A program made the translations under genes and the position numbers. The notes beneath the pieces are model-generated. The model saw only the letters and a list, made by a program, of their open reading frames with translations, was not told the origin of the DNA and searched no databases. A DNA stretch of 64,000 nt from an uncultured Candidatus Saccharibacteria bacterium (lineage in GTDB: Bacteria; Patescibacteriota; WWE3; UBA101185; UBA10185), in NCBI GenBank assembly GCA_964643995.1, contig CAZXUJ010000001.1:337492-401491 (forward strand), in the 5' to 3' direction. Every line of letters starts with the position of its first letter. Positions within the stretch are counted from its first letter, which is position 1. Shown here in pieces: positions 28,110-38,355 of the stretch.

Positions 28110-31100
28110 TTAAGCATTTGCAAAACTAAATTGTGCATTTGCTCTAATCCCTGAAAGTACCCCAAAGATTAAATCTCTTTCTGCGGGCCCAAATACTCCG
28201 TCTATTCCTCGGTCGTCAATAAAGGTGAATGGCTGATCGTATAGGTCACCTGGCTTAACAATTCCAGTAGCAACGATATGATCTATGACTTTATCTAAAA
28301 ACTGCATTTGAGCCGCATTTAGATTATGTTTTTGCATAAACTCACTAAAGGCTGCTTTTGCTATGTCTCTATCCAGTCCAACAAGACTTCGTATAAATTC
28401 TCCAACTGTTTGTCCTTTGAGTGCATTCTCGAACTCAGTTTTATCGATATCATAGTTACTGCTGATTAATAGTGCTTCAATTTCCTGTATATCCATCTGA
28501 TCTAGTTTTTCATTATTCTTAATTTTCTGTATTGCAGATACAAACTCATTTTCTCTAATGATGGATTGCACCCTTTTCAAATAGTTGTCCCTGTTAGGTG
28601 CGTCTTTAACTACCCCACTTGAAGTGACGGTTGAACCATAAATAGTATCCGTAAAGTTTGTGTAGACTGCCTTTCTGTCTGGTGGATCAAGAAGTTTGAT
28701 TAAATCTCGTAAATCCCTACGTATCTCTTCTAGATCTTCGGTAGTTGGATTAGACCAAAAAGCCTCTTCTTTGATTTTGTTTATAGTAGCAATCTTTTCA
28801 GCAACTGCAGGAATATTGGCTTTCTCAAATAGTAGATCTGCTAATGTCATTACTCTTTTCTTGCTATTAGTAAGATTCTTAGATTCTTTAAGTGATTCAA
28901 CTTGCAGATTTAACATGAGGGAATCAAATCTTCTAGCAAATTCATCGTCATCTACGACAAGATTTGAAAATGGAGCAATGTGTTCATTAACATCCAACAC
29001 ATCTTGTTTACTTAGATTTTCCCAACGATCACGACTACTAAATTCATCAATATATCGTTTGTGTTTGCGTAGACTAAAACTCATCGGAGCCATCTGAGTT
29101 ACATCTTCATGTAGGATATTTAACAAGCTAAGTCTAAAGTCTTGCAAAGGTTGATTTTCGCTATACTTTCCTCCTTGTAGTTCATGCGCCAACTCAACTC
29201 GTCTTTCAAAAATCAATTGTGACAGTGGTTTCTGAGTTGAGCCTTTAATCCCCTCAGGATTGACTTTAAAGAATTCAAAATTTCCACAGAAATCAAAAAT
29301 CAAAAATTCTTTCTTATCGCCTTCTGGGCTATCCGGGCCAAACAGTTTTGGACATAAGCGAGTACCACGTCCTATCATTTGCCAGAATTTTGCTTTGGAA
29401 CGAGTAATTTTGAAAAAGACCAAGTTAACAATTTCAGGAATATCTATACCGGTATCAAGCATGTCTACCGAAACAGCAATAAAAGGGCTATCTGGTTTAT
29501 TTTGCTTAAATTCGTCAATTAAGGTATGAGAATAGTCGGCATAGTTATCGATCACTCTTAGTGCTCTGCCACTATAATGTGGGTAATTTTTGTTAAATCT
29601 CTCCTGAATAAACATGGCATGTTCGTGTCTTTTTGCAAAGATGATGGTTTTACCCAACCTATCACCACCTTCAACTTTTATTCCATTTTCCATTAAGTGC
29701 GCTAAAACCTGATCAACAGTATTTGTGTTGAATACCCAATCATTAAATTGAGATGGCGCAATCATCAATGGTAGTTGTCCGTCATCATCCTCAAAGGTCA
29801 TTTCATACATTTCTTTCTCTTCCTCGCTCAATTCGTCATATGTTAGACCTTCTGTTAAAAATTTGAGGGGTACATCAATCTGTTTTGGAGGTACTAAAAA
29901 CTTATCTTCAACTGCCTGATCTAGTTCATATGAATAAGTTGGGTTGTGGTCTTCTAGTCCAAATAATTCATAAGTGTTGTGATCAACCTCAGCTTTTGGA
30001 GTAGCAGTCAAGCCAATAAGTAGTGAATCAAAGTAATCAAAGATAGCACCATATTTCTGATATACACTCCTGTGTGCCTCATCAATGATAATCAAGTCAA
30101 ATCTACCAATACCAAATCTCTTTACTCCATCCTTCTTTGATTCATCAATCATATTCATCATAGTCGGATATGTGGAGAAAACGATGCGAGAAGTTGTATC
30201 TTCCTTTTCTTTGGTGATATCGATTGTAGTGGCTTCAGGATACAAATCATTAAAAGCCTCCTTAGCTTGAGTTAATAGAGCGTTTCTGTCTGCTAAGAAT
30301 AATACGTTTTTAATCCAGCCTTGCTTCATCAGTAACTCCACTAGAGCAATTGAAACTCTAGTTTTACCCGTTCCCGTTGCCATGACTATCAATGATCTTC
30401 TTTCTTTATGTTCTAGTTGTTCCAATACACTTTGGATTGCTAGTTTTTGGTAATACCTTCCAGCAACTTCATCATTGACCTGTGCTTCCAACAAACTCTT
30501 GCGAGTTTTGCGACGATTGATCATTGTTTGAAGCTGATCCTTAGTGTAAAAACCTTGAATAGGTCGCGGCGGATACATATCATCTTCCCAAATCCAATGA
30601 TCATATCCATTGGTATAGAAGATTACTGGCCTTTGCCCGTGTTTCTTTTCCAAGGCGTTTGCATACAGTTCTGCTTGCCTTTGTCCTTTTTGAGCATCAT
30701 GAGTTGTCCGTTTAGCTTCTACCAAACCTACTGGTAAACCATCATCTCCCCATAAAACATAGTCTACGTACCCAATACCTTTGTTGTTGGGCATACCCTC
30801 CACTTCGTATTCAGCTACATTTTCACCTTGTGGATCCCAGCCAGCCTCTTTTAGTAACAAGTCTATAAATAATTCTCTAGTTTCAGCCTCAGAATAGTCT
30901 TTTTGACTAACTTGTTTCTTATTCTTTTCCTTAGTGACTTGTATTTGTGTACGAAGTTCTTTAAGTTCCTCTTCATATTCAACTAACAGTAACTTCTGTT
31001 GTTCAAATTCTTTACCTTGTGAATCGAGCTTATCTTGCAATTGTTGTAGTTCTTCAGCATTTTTATCAGCCTCTCCTTCACGAGGAATAAAGGATTCTGA

Positions 31101-31502
31101 ATATTGCGGCAATTCTGGTTGCTCTTCACTGTATTGCATAGCCATCCATTCGCAGAAGTTGTAGAGATTTCTCAGAGAAGCTAGCGATTCTTTTTCACTA
31201 ATTGGTTTTCGGCTATGAACAGCTTGATTGCCAATTTTGCGGATGTAGTTGATCAAGTGAAAAAGGTTATATGGCAATAATCTTTTGAAACTTGGTTCAT
31301 GCATTAGGGCAGCCAAGTGTGTTTCGTAAGGTTGCTGCAAATCAGAGTCGTGTAAATACAACCAGTTGATGATCAGCTCTACAGTGCGTCGCGCGTAAAA
31401 CACCGAAGTGCGTGGTGCAGTAAACGTATGCTGTTCTGTTTGTAAAGCCTCTTCATAAATCTGCGGCCAGTTATTTTCTAAAAATGTAAAGTTTGATTTC
31501 AT
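28110..31502 (-). CDS. hsdR: Type I restriction endonuclease subunit R
   Basis: YVDYVL..VEAK nuclease motif, MATGTGKT, IDEAHRS, GLTATP, MLDTGIDIP, QMIGRGTR; N-terminal DUF4145-like region. Confidence 0.95.
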   Translation of the reverse strand: MKSNFTFLENNWPQIYEEALQTEQHTFTAPRTSVFYARRTVELIINWLYLHDSDLQQPYETHLAALMHEPSFKRLLPYNLFHLINYIRKIGNQAVHSRKPISEKESLASLRNLYNFCEWMAMQYSEEQPELPQYSESFIPREGEADKNAEELQQLQDKLDSQGKEFEQQKLLLVEYEEELKELRTQIQVTKEKNKKQVSQKDYSEAETRELFIDLLLKEAGWDPQGENVAEYEVEGMPNNKGIGYVDYVLWGDDGLPVGLVEAKRTTHDAQKGQRQAELYANALEKKHGQRPVIFYTNGYDHWIWEDDMYPPRPIQGFYTKDQLQTMINRRKTRKSLLEAQVNDEVAGRYYQKLAIQSVLEQLEHKERRSLIVMATGTGKTRVSIALVELLMKQGWIKNVLFLADRNALLTQAKEAFNDLYPEATTIDITKEKEDTTSRIVFSTYPTMMNMIDESKKDGVKRFGIGRFDLIIIDEAHRSVYQKYGAIFDYFDSLLIGLTATPKAEVDHNTYELFGLEDHNPTYSYELDQAVEDKFLVPPKQIDVPLKFLTEGLTYDELSEEEKEMYEMTFEDDDGQLPLMIAPSQFNDWVFNTNTVDQVLAHLMENGIKVEGGDRLGKTIIFAKRHEHAMFIQERFNKNYPHYSGRALRVIDNYADYSHTLIDEFKQNKPDSPFIAVSVDMLDTGIDIPEIVNLVFFKITRSKAKFWQMIGRGTRLCPKLFGPDSPEGDKKEFLIFDFCGNFEFFKVNPEGIKGSTQKPLSQLIFERRVELAHELQGGKYSENQPLQDFRLSLLNILHEDVTQMAPMSFSLRKHKRYIDEFSSRDRWENLSKQDVLDVNEHIAPFSNLVVDDDEFARRFDSLMLNLQVESLKESKNLTNSKKRVMTLADLLFEKANIPAVAEKIATINKIKEEAFWSNPTTEDLEEIRRDLRDLIKLLDPPDRKAVYTNFTDTIYGSTVTSSGVVKDAPNRDNYLKRVQSIIRENEFVSAIQKIKNNEKLDQMDIQEIEALLISSNYDIDKTEFENALKGQTVGEFIRSLVGLDRDIAKAAFSEFMQKHNLNAAQMQFLDKVIDHIVATGIVKPGDLYDQPFTFIDDRGIDGVFGPAERDLIFGVLSGIRANAQFSFANA

Positions 31503-32152
31503 AAACTAAATGATTCCACTAATGCAAATAAATTTTTAATAGCAGGATTTTCCGAAAAATAAAAACGATTATCCTCAAGATTCTTTCTGAGAAAGAATTG
31601 ATAATCTACCTCATTCTCTGTAGATATTGTCATCACAAAATCTAGATAGGGATATTTTAACTTAATTTCTTCATCAATCTCATAAGAATCAAGATTTTCA
31701 TCATATCGAAAACCAAATCTTTCTAATAAATTATTCCTATCAACATCTAAGTGATAGGCAAATACTCCAAATAACGGGATATTATCTTTATCCAAGTTTT
31801 TGATAATTTCAGCATCTTCATTTGCCTTTTTAAGATGTTGATTGGTAAGCCTACTTTTTATTTCCAACACTAGTTTGCAATAACGCACATGCATAACAAC
31901 ATTTCTGCTATTCGGTGGATCCAAGGGAGCACTAATTGAACAAAAAATGCTGTCGCATTGGGGACTGTGGGAGTCGTTGTCATTAAATAGTTCACCACTC
32001 TTAACAACTATATTTTTGTGTCGATTTAAAATTAAATCTTTCAAAAAGTCTTCCCTAACTGTTCCTAGGGTTGGTTTATGGATAAACTCACTAGAAACTT
32101 CATATTGAGCTAGAAGAAGTTTTTGATAATACTCAAAAACTGCATTAGACAT
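31499..32152 (-). CDS. Putative nuclease (DUF6602-like) inserted between hsdS and hsdR
   Basis: H...GTVRE, G.....SPQCD, VLEIKS.LT; overlaps both neighbours. Confidence 0.65.
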   Translation of the reverse strand: MSNAVFEYYQKLLLAQYEVSSEFIHKPTLGTVREDFLKDLILNRHKNIVVKSGELFNDNDSHSPQCDSIFCSISAPLDPPNSRNVVMHVRYCKLVLEIKSRLTNQHLKKANEDAEIIKNLDKDNIPLFGVFAYHLDVDRNNLLERFGFRYDENLDSYEIDEEIKLKYPYLDFVMTISTENEVDYQFFLRKNLEDNRFYFSENPAIKNLFALVESFSL

Positions 32153-33323
32153 TTAGACCTCCTATAAATGCTTTTTGCAGTAGAGATCTAAATAATATAT
32201 TGGTTACCTCTTTCGAGTTAATCATTGATTTTTTATTATCATCAATTGATTCAATTAACAACCTATACCTAGTCTGTAACTCAATAGGTGGTGTCAATAC
32301 GCTTATTTTTAATAAATTAGTTTGATTAATACCAGAGATTGTTGACTGAGTAATGTAGGGCTTAACATATTTATTTTTTGACCTTGTGTTGTTAAAAAAC
32401 TGCAGTAAATATTCACTATCAATTTTTGTTTGATTGGGTCTCACTCTAATTAGTGAGGATTCAAACACTAAATCATTGTTATCAATATTCCTAACAATGC
32501 TAGCCTTTGCTGCACCTTCAAGAACCAAAGATCTTCGTGCTATTAACAAATCATTATTATTTAATTGGTATTTTTCCAAATCATCCTTTGTTAACTCAAC
32601 AGACTGTTCAACCTCAGGTGTTACAACATCAGAAAATGCATCTGACATATGCACCATGGGAGTTCCCTCAACATTGTATTTTTCTTTTGGTAGGTATAAG
32701 CCATTTTTTGTATCTTCGACCAATTTATCCAAGGTAATCTCATCCCAGTTTTTAGGATTAGAGGCGGGATCTCCAAAAATTTCATAAAAAATAGCCTCTT
32801 TTAGTTCAGCCAATTTTTCAATTGTTTTTTCTCTTTTCTTTTGCATAGCATCGGCCTCGTCCAAAATCTCCACAATTTGCTGTTGTACTTTAAGTTGAGG
32901 AAGGGGGACTTTAATTTTTTTTAAGTATTTAAAATGACGGCTATACCCGTCATTAGGAAGATTTAATGTATGAAAAAAATAGTAGGCATACTTTGGCTCA
33001 ATCTTTTTATTGCAAGAAATAATTTTGGTACCATCTGCCCCAGCCGCAAAATCAAAATCGATATATTTAAACTTTCTAGTGTGATCCCCAAAAATAATTA
33101 GAGGTTGTGATGCTTCAATAATACCAATATTATTGTTCGTATAACCACCTATAAGCTCATCTCCCTGATCAACGATTGGATAAACCCCCTCATCTATATA
33201 AGATGATTTCTTGAACTTTTTTGGAGGTGTGATGGTATCAAACAAGGCATCAAAGGTAGCAATATCCCAAGTATTTGGCAGACTAGAAAATAATGCTGGA
33301 TTTTGAATTACACTATTTATCAT
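32145..33323 (-). CDS. hsdS: Type I RM specificity subunit S
   Basis: Two TRDs with conserved VPLPQLKVQQQIV, FGDP..NPKNW, PPIELQ, SLLQKAF.G. Confidence 0.95.
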   Translation of the reverse strand: MINSVIQNPALFSSLPNTWDIATFDALFDTITPPKKFKKSSYIDEGVYPIVDQGDELIGGYTNNNIGIIEASQPLIIFGDHTRKFKYIDFDFAAGADGTKIISCNKKIEPKYAYYFFHTLNLPNDGYSRHFKYLKKIKVPLPQLKVQQQIVEILDEADAMQKKREKTIEKLAELKEAIFYEIFGDPASNPKNWDEITLDKLVEDTKNGLYLPKEKYNVEGTPMVHMSDAFSDVVTPEVEQSVELTKDDLEKYQLNNNDLLIARRSLVLEGAAKASIVRNIDNNDLVFESSLIRVRPNQTKIDSEYLLQFFNNTRSKNKYVKPYITQSTISGINQTNLLKISVLTPPIELQTRYRLLIESIDDNKKSMINSKEVTNILFRSLLQKAFIGGLNV

Positions 33324-34792
33324 AGGTTAGTTTTTAATCTCTTTAGACTTTCCTGAATTTCATATTCAATTTTTTCTAAATCCTCAATAATCCTCTTTGG
33401 TTCTTCATATTCCACGTCTTCATACTCAATCTCTTTATACCGATTTATTGAGAGGTCATAGTCATTTTCGCGGATTTCTTTGACTGGCACTACGAAAGAT
33501 TGATCGGTTCTTACCCTGGCTTCTTCATCTTTAAGATTATGATAGCGTTTGATGATATCGGGAGTGTTATTTTCCTCATGTTTTTCAAGATCAAGCTCTT
33601 GGCGTTTATCATCAAGCGAATACCCATCAGCCTTCATGTCATAAAACCAAACGTTATCAGTACCGCCTGAGTTGGTCTTTGTAAACAGAAGCACTGCAGT
33701 AGAAACACCCGCGTAAGGTTTGAATACACCAGATGGCATGGATATTACTCCTTGAAGCTGATGATCATCTATAAGAAGTTTTCTAATTGCCTTATGCGCA
33801 TTGGAGCTACCAAACAACACACCATCGGGAACAATTACTGCGGCACGGCCACCAGTTCTAAGTTGTTGGATAAATAATGCAATAAACAACAACTCAGTTT
33901 TCTTAGTTCGGACAATCTGCAATAAATCATTTGCTACCACTTCATAATCCAACGATCCTTTAAATGGAGGATTGGCTAGAATCACATCATATTTGTTTCT
34001 TGTTTCTGCTTGGCTTTGAGATAGTGCATCCTTGTCAGTCACGTTGGGGTTTTCGATACCGTGAAGCACTAAGTTCATCACAGCAATACGGATCATAGTA
34101 CGATCAAAGTCGTTGCCATAAAACATAGTGTTGTTGAAATGATCTCGCAATTTATCATCAGTAAATATTTCGGGATAGGTATCACGGACATATTCACTAG
34201 CTGCTACTAAAAATCCTCCAGTTCCACAAGCAGGATCCGCAATCTTGTCAGTTCGCTTTGGTTCCACCAACTCAACCATCATTTTAATAATGTGTCGTGG
34301 AGTTCTAAATTGACCGTTTCTACCTGCCGTCGCTATTTTTGAAAGTAAGTATTCGTACACATCTCCCTTGGTATCTCTGTCATGCATCTTGATTTCATTG
34401 AGCATGTTGACGACCTTGTCCAACAGGTTTGGGGTAGGAATCATGAAGGTTGCATCTTTCATGTATTGGGTATAGGTGTCCTCTGTTTTGCCATTTAGGT
34501 TTTTTATAAAGGGAAAAACATCCTCAGAAACAATCTCATACATCTTTTTGGGCTCAAGATCTTTAAACCTAGACCAACGCAGTTGTTGTTGATTATCAGA
34601 AAAGATTGGCTTAGTTATTTCAGTTTTTTGTGCGTTAGCCTTATTTTCACGCAGTGTGTGGATTTCATCTAAACGTTTAATAAAAAGGAGATATGTGATT
34701 TGTTCTATGACTGTTAGTGGATTAGAAATACCACCTGTCCAAAAAGCATCCCATACTCTGTCAATTTCTGTTTTTAATTTTCCTGTTAACAT
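33320..34792 (-). CDS. hsdM: Type I RM methyltransferase subunit M
   Basis: GQFRTPRH, DPACGTGGFL, ANPPF, VPDGVLF. Confidence 0.95.
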   Translation of the reverse strand: MLTGKLKTEIDRVWDAFWTGGISNPLTVIEQITYLLFIKRLDEIHTLRENKANAQKTEITKPIFSDNQQQLRWSRFKDLEPKKMYEIVSEDVFPFIKNLNGKTEDTYTQYMKDATFMIPTPNLLDKVVNMLNEIKMHDRDTKGDVYEYLLSKIATAGRNGQFRTPRHIIKMMVELVEPKRTDKIADPACGTGGFLVAASEYVRDTYPEIFTDDKLRDHFNNTMFYGNDFDRTMIRIAVMNLVLHGIENPNVTDKDALSQSQAETRNKYDVILANPPFKGSLDYEVVANDLLQIVRTKKTELLFIALFIQQLRTGGRAAVIVPDGVLFGSSNAHKAIRKLLIDDHQLQGVISMPSGVFKPYAGVSTAVLLFTKTNSGGTDNVWFYDMKADGYSLDDKRQELDLEKHEENNTPDIIKRYHNLKDEEARVRTDQSFVVPVKEIRENDYDLSINRYKEIEYEDVEYEEPKRIIEDLEKIEYEIQESLKRLKTNL

Positions 34793-34866
34793 AAGGACAT
34801 TATAACTCGTGATTTTGTTGTAGTCCTGCAATTTATACAATATTAGTTAGCGGTTGCACCCCCTCT

Positions 34867-34915
34867 TGTCAAGTAGGGGTTGGTTTGACAACTAAAAACA
34901 AGTGTTGTACTTTAT
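34867..34915. promoter_or_regulatory. Divergent promoter region between hsdM and the ParB-methylase operon
   Basis: Back-to-back TTGTCAA/TTGACAA (-35-like on each strand); on + strand TTGACA-17 nt-TACTTT. Confidence 0.5.
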
Positions 34916-34990
34916 AATTATTGAGAGTTGAATAGTAAAAAAATACCTACCTCTTACTTCATAGTAAGCAGGTTATGCTCGATATGTATG

Positions 34991-35048
34991 GGGCCGAGCG
35001 TTAGGAAGTAATCACTTCGATTATTTTCTGGCGTTCGGCCCTTTTTTT
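34991..35048 (+). terminator. 23-bp hairpin plus U-tract immediately upstream of the ParB-methylase start (attenuator-like)
   Basis: GGGCCGAGCGTTAGGAAGTAATC-ACTTC-GATTATTTTCTGGCGTTCGGCCC-T7; all non-Watson-Crick pairs are G-U on the + strand. Confidence 0.7.
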
Positions 35049-35054
35049 GTTTGT

Positions 35055-36374
35055 ATGAAAGAAGAATTAAAAATAATAAAAGTTAATATTAAGGACTTAA
35101 AAGTTGCAGATTATAACCCTCGAAAGTGGGATAAAACAAAAACTCAAAATTTAAAAGAAAGTATTGGAAAATTTGGGCTAGTTGATCCCTTGATTGTTAA
35201 TTCTGCACCAAGTAGAAATAATGTTGTAATTGGTGGCCATTTTCGCTTACAAGTTGTCAAAGAACTTGGCTATGCAGATGTACCAATTGTCTATTTAAAT
35301 ATTCCAGATATTGAAAAAGAAAAGGAATTGAATGTAAGGCTTAATAAGAATACAGGTGATTGGGATTACAAGTTGTTAGCCGAGTTTGACTCCTCCTTAC
35401 TAGATATTGTTGGTTTTAACAGTGAGGAGCTAGACGATATCTTTGGTTTAGACGAAACCCCAGAAGAGTTTAATCTGCAAAAAGAGTTAGAAAAATTAAA
35501 CATTCAAGAAATTTCTACAGTAGATGGTGATATCTATCAATTGGGTGAACATCGCCTAATGTGTGGTAATTCAACAATAGAAGATGATGTCCTAAAACTC
35601 ATGGACGGCGAAAAAGCGGATATGTGTTTTACAGACCCTCCATATATTCTCGACTATTTGAAAGGTAAAAAGAAAAGCGATAAGGGTTTTGGACTAAAGA
35701 AAAATAGAAGGTATTTAGGTACAGATTCATTGCCTGATGATTTCACTGAATTATGGATGTCAAACATCTCAAAAGTACAAAAGGATGACTTCTCAATCAT
35801 TGTTTTTGAGAATTGGAAAAACATAAGAACTATCTGGGATGCAATGGAAGATTACTGGAAAGTTAAAAACATGATTGTTTGGCATGTTCCAAATAGGACA
35901 CAGGGGTTTTCTGGAAAATACAGATTTTTCTCAAAGCATGATATTGCAATGGTTGGTGCGTCTCCAAATTCTGATATTCCTTTTAATCTAGAAGAAGAAA
36001 TTGAGGGTCTACAAAATGAGTATGAAACGGCACTATATGCAATTTCTGGTAAACCTCATTGGGAAAGTTATAAAAAGGGTAAAAAATACCAACCAACAGA
36101 TTATATTGATCATCCTGTAGATGATGCCAAACATTCAGGACAAGGTATCGTATTTGGTACGAAACCAATAGAAATATTAATTCCCTATATAAAAGTTTTA
36201 ACTAAAAGAAATGATTTAATAATTGAGCCTTTTGGTGGTAGTGGCTCTACTCTTATTGCCTCTACAAAGATGAAAAGAAGATGCTATGTGATGGAAAAAT
36301 CCCCCGTTTATGTAGAAATAATAAAACATAGATGGGAAAAATTGACTGGGCAGAAAGGGGTAAAAATACAATGA
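35055..36374 (+). CDS. ParB-like N-terminal domain fused to N6/N4 DNA methyltransferase
   Basis: YNPR, FGLVDPLIV, IGGHFRL, LNKNTG; HRLMCG, TDPPY, TKP, EPFGGSGSTL. Confidence 0.9.
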   Translation: MKEELKIIKVNIKDLKVADYNPRKWDKTKTQNLKESIGKFGLVDPLIVNSAPSRNNVVIGGHFRLQVVKELGYADVPIVYLNIPDIEKEKELNVRLNKNTGDWDYKLLAEFDSSLLDIVGFNSEELDDIFGLDETPEEFNLQKELEKLNIQEISTVDGDIYQLGEHRLMCGNSTIEDDVLKLMDGEKADMCFTDPPYILDYLKGKKKSDKGFGLKKNRRYLGTDSLPDDFTELWMSNISKVQKDDFSIIVFENWKNIRTIWDAMEDYWKVKNMIVWHVPNRTQGFSGKYRFFSKHDIAMVGASPNSDIPFNLEEEIEGLQNEYETALYAISGKPHWESYKKGKKYQPTDYIDHPVDDAKHSGQGIVFGTKPIEILIPYIKVLTKRNDLIIEPFGGSGSTLIASTKMKRRCYVMEKSPVYVEIIKHRWEKLTGQKGVKIQ

Positions 36375-36778
36375 GCAAATTAATTCAAAAAAGGCAAAAG
36401 CAAGAAAAAGAAGCATTAATAGAACAATTGAAGAAAACCCCAATAATACAAATGGCGTGCAAAAATGCAGGTGTTGGGAGAGCAACATACTATCGCTGGA
36501 GAAACCAAGATTACAAATTCGCACAAAAAGCAGATGAAGCATTAGAAATGAGTGTAAGTCTTATGAATGATTTAGCTGAGTCCCAGCTTATATCAGCAAT
36601 TAGAGACAAAAACATGACTGCAATAATCTTTTGGTTAAAACATAGGCATCAAGGTTATTCCACAAAAGTACTACTTTCTGGCTCCCTTGAGACCTCTATA
36701 AAGCTTTCTCCTGAACAACAGAAAGTATTTAAAAAAGCCGTACATTTAGTTTTTGGTGAGAATTCAGATGTCGAATAA
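36371..36778 (+). CDS. HTH protein, terminase small subunit-like
   Basis: ACKNAGVGRATYYRW HTH, AIIFWLK; lies between the methylase and TerL. Confidence 0.7.
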   Translation: MSKLIQKRQKQEKEALIEQLKKTPIIQMACKNAGVGRATYYRWRNQDYKFAQKADEALEMSVSLMNDLAESQLISAIRDKNMTAIIFWLKHRHQGYSTKVLLSGSLETSIKLSPEQQKVFKKAVHLVFGENSDVE

Positions 36779-38324
36779 TACACGAAAAAAAGACTTAGAT
36801 ATTGTTTACGAAAGAATCCTAAGCGATAAAGCTTTTAGAATTAAGACTACTTCTGAGATGCACAAGTGGTTTTTTGTTACCTATTTTAGTGAATATGCAA
36901 AGTACAAGATTGCCCCTTTCCAAGAAGAAATGTTCAGATTAAGTGAATTGGATGATACTCCTCTAGTTGTTATCGAAGCGTTCAGGGGTTGTGGAAAGAC
37001 AACTATATTAGTTCTTTCGTACATCTTGTGGGCTGTTTTAGGTAGTCAGGGGAAAAAACACATCTTGATTGCTAGTCAAAGCTTAGATAAAGCAATGAGT
37101 ACCTTAAGAGATATAAAGACCATTCTTGAGACTAATAAATTGCTTATAGATGATTATGGGCCCTTTAGAATTCCTCCTGAACCTTGGAAAGAAAAATCGC
37201 TACACCTACCAAAGTATGATGCAAAAATAGTTCCTATTTCAGTGGAAGTAAGTCCAAGAGGCTATATACACAAAAGCAAAAGACCTGACTTAATAATTAT
37301 TGATGACCTCGAAAGTATAAATACCATAAATTCAGTTGAAATGAGAGATAAAGCGTTTAAATGGTACATGGAAGAAGTTGTTCCTAGTGGTGATGTGGAT
37401 ACAAAGATTGTAATAACAGGTAACTTTTTACATTCTGATTCTTTAATAAAACGCCTGCAAGTAATGATTGATAATGATGAGCTTGACGGCATTTATAGGC
37501 GGTATCCTTTTTATGATTCAGATAATAAACCTTTGTGGTTTAGTAAATTTCCTACATCTAAAGAAATCACCGCTTTAAAGAAAAAGGTTGGAAAAGATTC
37601 TTGGCTAAGAGAGTATCTGTTGGAGGATATTCCAGTCGGAACTAGCCCAATAACTAAAAACCTAATCAAGTATTACTCTGATTTACCTACTCAAAACATT
37701 GCCAAACAAATAAAACTACAGTATGTGGGTACGGGAGTTGACCTCGCTATATCCAAACAATCTACTGCACACTACACAGCTATGGTGTCCGTAAAGGTAT
37801 TTTATGTAGGTAACAAAGTTAATGTCTATATCCTTCCAAATCCTATAAACGCTAGATTAACTTTCCCAGAAGCATTCGATACTGTAAAAAGAGTTTCCAA
37901 AGCATTAGATCCAAATGGGGATGCAACCCCAATAATAGTTGAGACCATAGCTTATCAGGAGGCAATGGAACAGGCTCTAGTGCAGGAAACATTTCCTGTT
38001 AAAGGAATAAAACACAATTCGCTAGATAAAATGGCAAGATTAAGTTTAGTTGCAAATTTTATGGCAGACCATAATATCAATTTTCCAACGTCTGGTTCTG
38101 AATTGCTTATTTCTCAACTTTTAGGTTTTGGTAGTGAAAGATACGACGATCTTGCTGATGCTTTCACAATGATCATGACTGAAGTAATGGAAAGATGTAG
38201 TTTTAGACCATACAACTGGGATTACAAACCAAAGCCAGCACCCCCTTCTAAAAGTTTATTTAGTGACTTACATAGAGATATGTCTGATCCTGTAACAAAA
38301 GGACTAATAGACATGAAATTCTAA
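36768..38324 (+). CDS. Terminase large subunit-like ATPase-nuclease
   Basis: AFRGCGKTT (Walker A), RPDLIIIDDLE (Walker B), ITGN, REY, GVDLA, VE, DDLADAF (RNase H-like). Confidence 0.85.
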   Translation: MSNNTRKKDLDIVYERILSDKAFRIKTTSEMHKWFFVTYFSEYAKYKIAPFQEEMFRLSELDDTPLVVIEAFRGCGKTTILVLSYILWAVLGSQGKKHILIASQSLDKAMSTLRDIKTILETNKLLIDDYGPFRIPPEPWKEKSLHLPKYDAKIVPISVEVSPRGYIHKSKRPDLIIIDDLESINTINSVEMRDKAFKWYMEEVVPSGDVDTKIVITGNFLHSDSLIKRLQVMIDNDELDGIYRRYPFYDSDNKPLWFSKFPTSKEITALKKKVGKDSWLREYLLEDIPVGTSPITKNLIKYYSDLPTQNIAKQIKLQYVGTGVDLAISKQSTAHYTAMVSVKVFYVGNKVNVYILPNPINARLTFPEAFDTVKRVSKALDPNGDATPIIVETIAYQEAMEQALVQETFPVKGIKHNSLDKMARLSLVANFMADHNINFPTSGSELLISQLLGFGSERYDDLADAFTMIMTEVMERCSFRPYNWDYKPKPAPPSKSLFSDLHRDMSDPVTKGLIDMKF

Positions 38325-38355
38325 CCTTTTGAGGTATAATTGCCTTAGAAAATTA

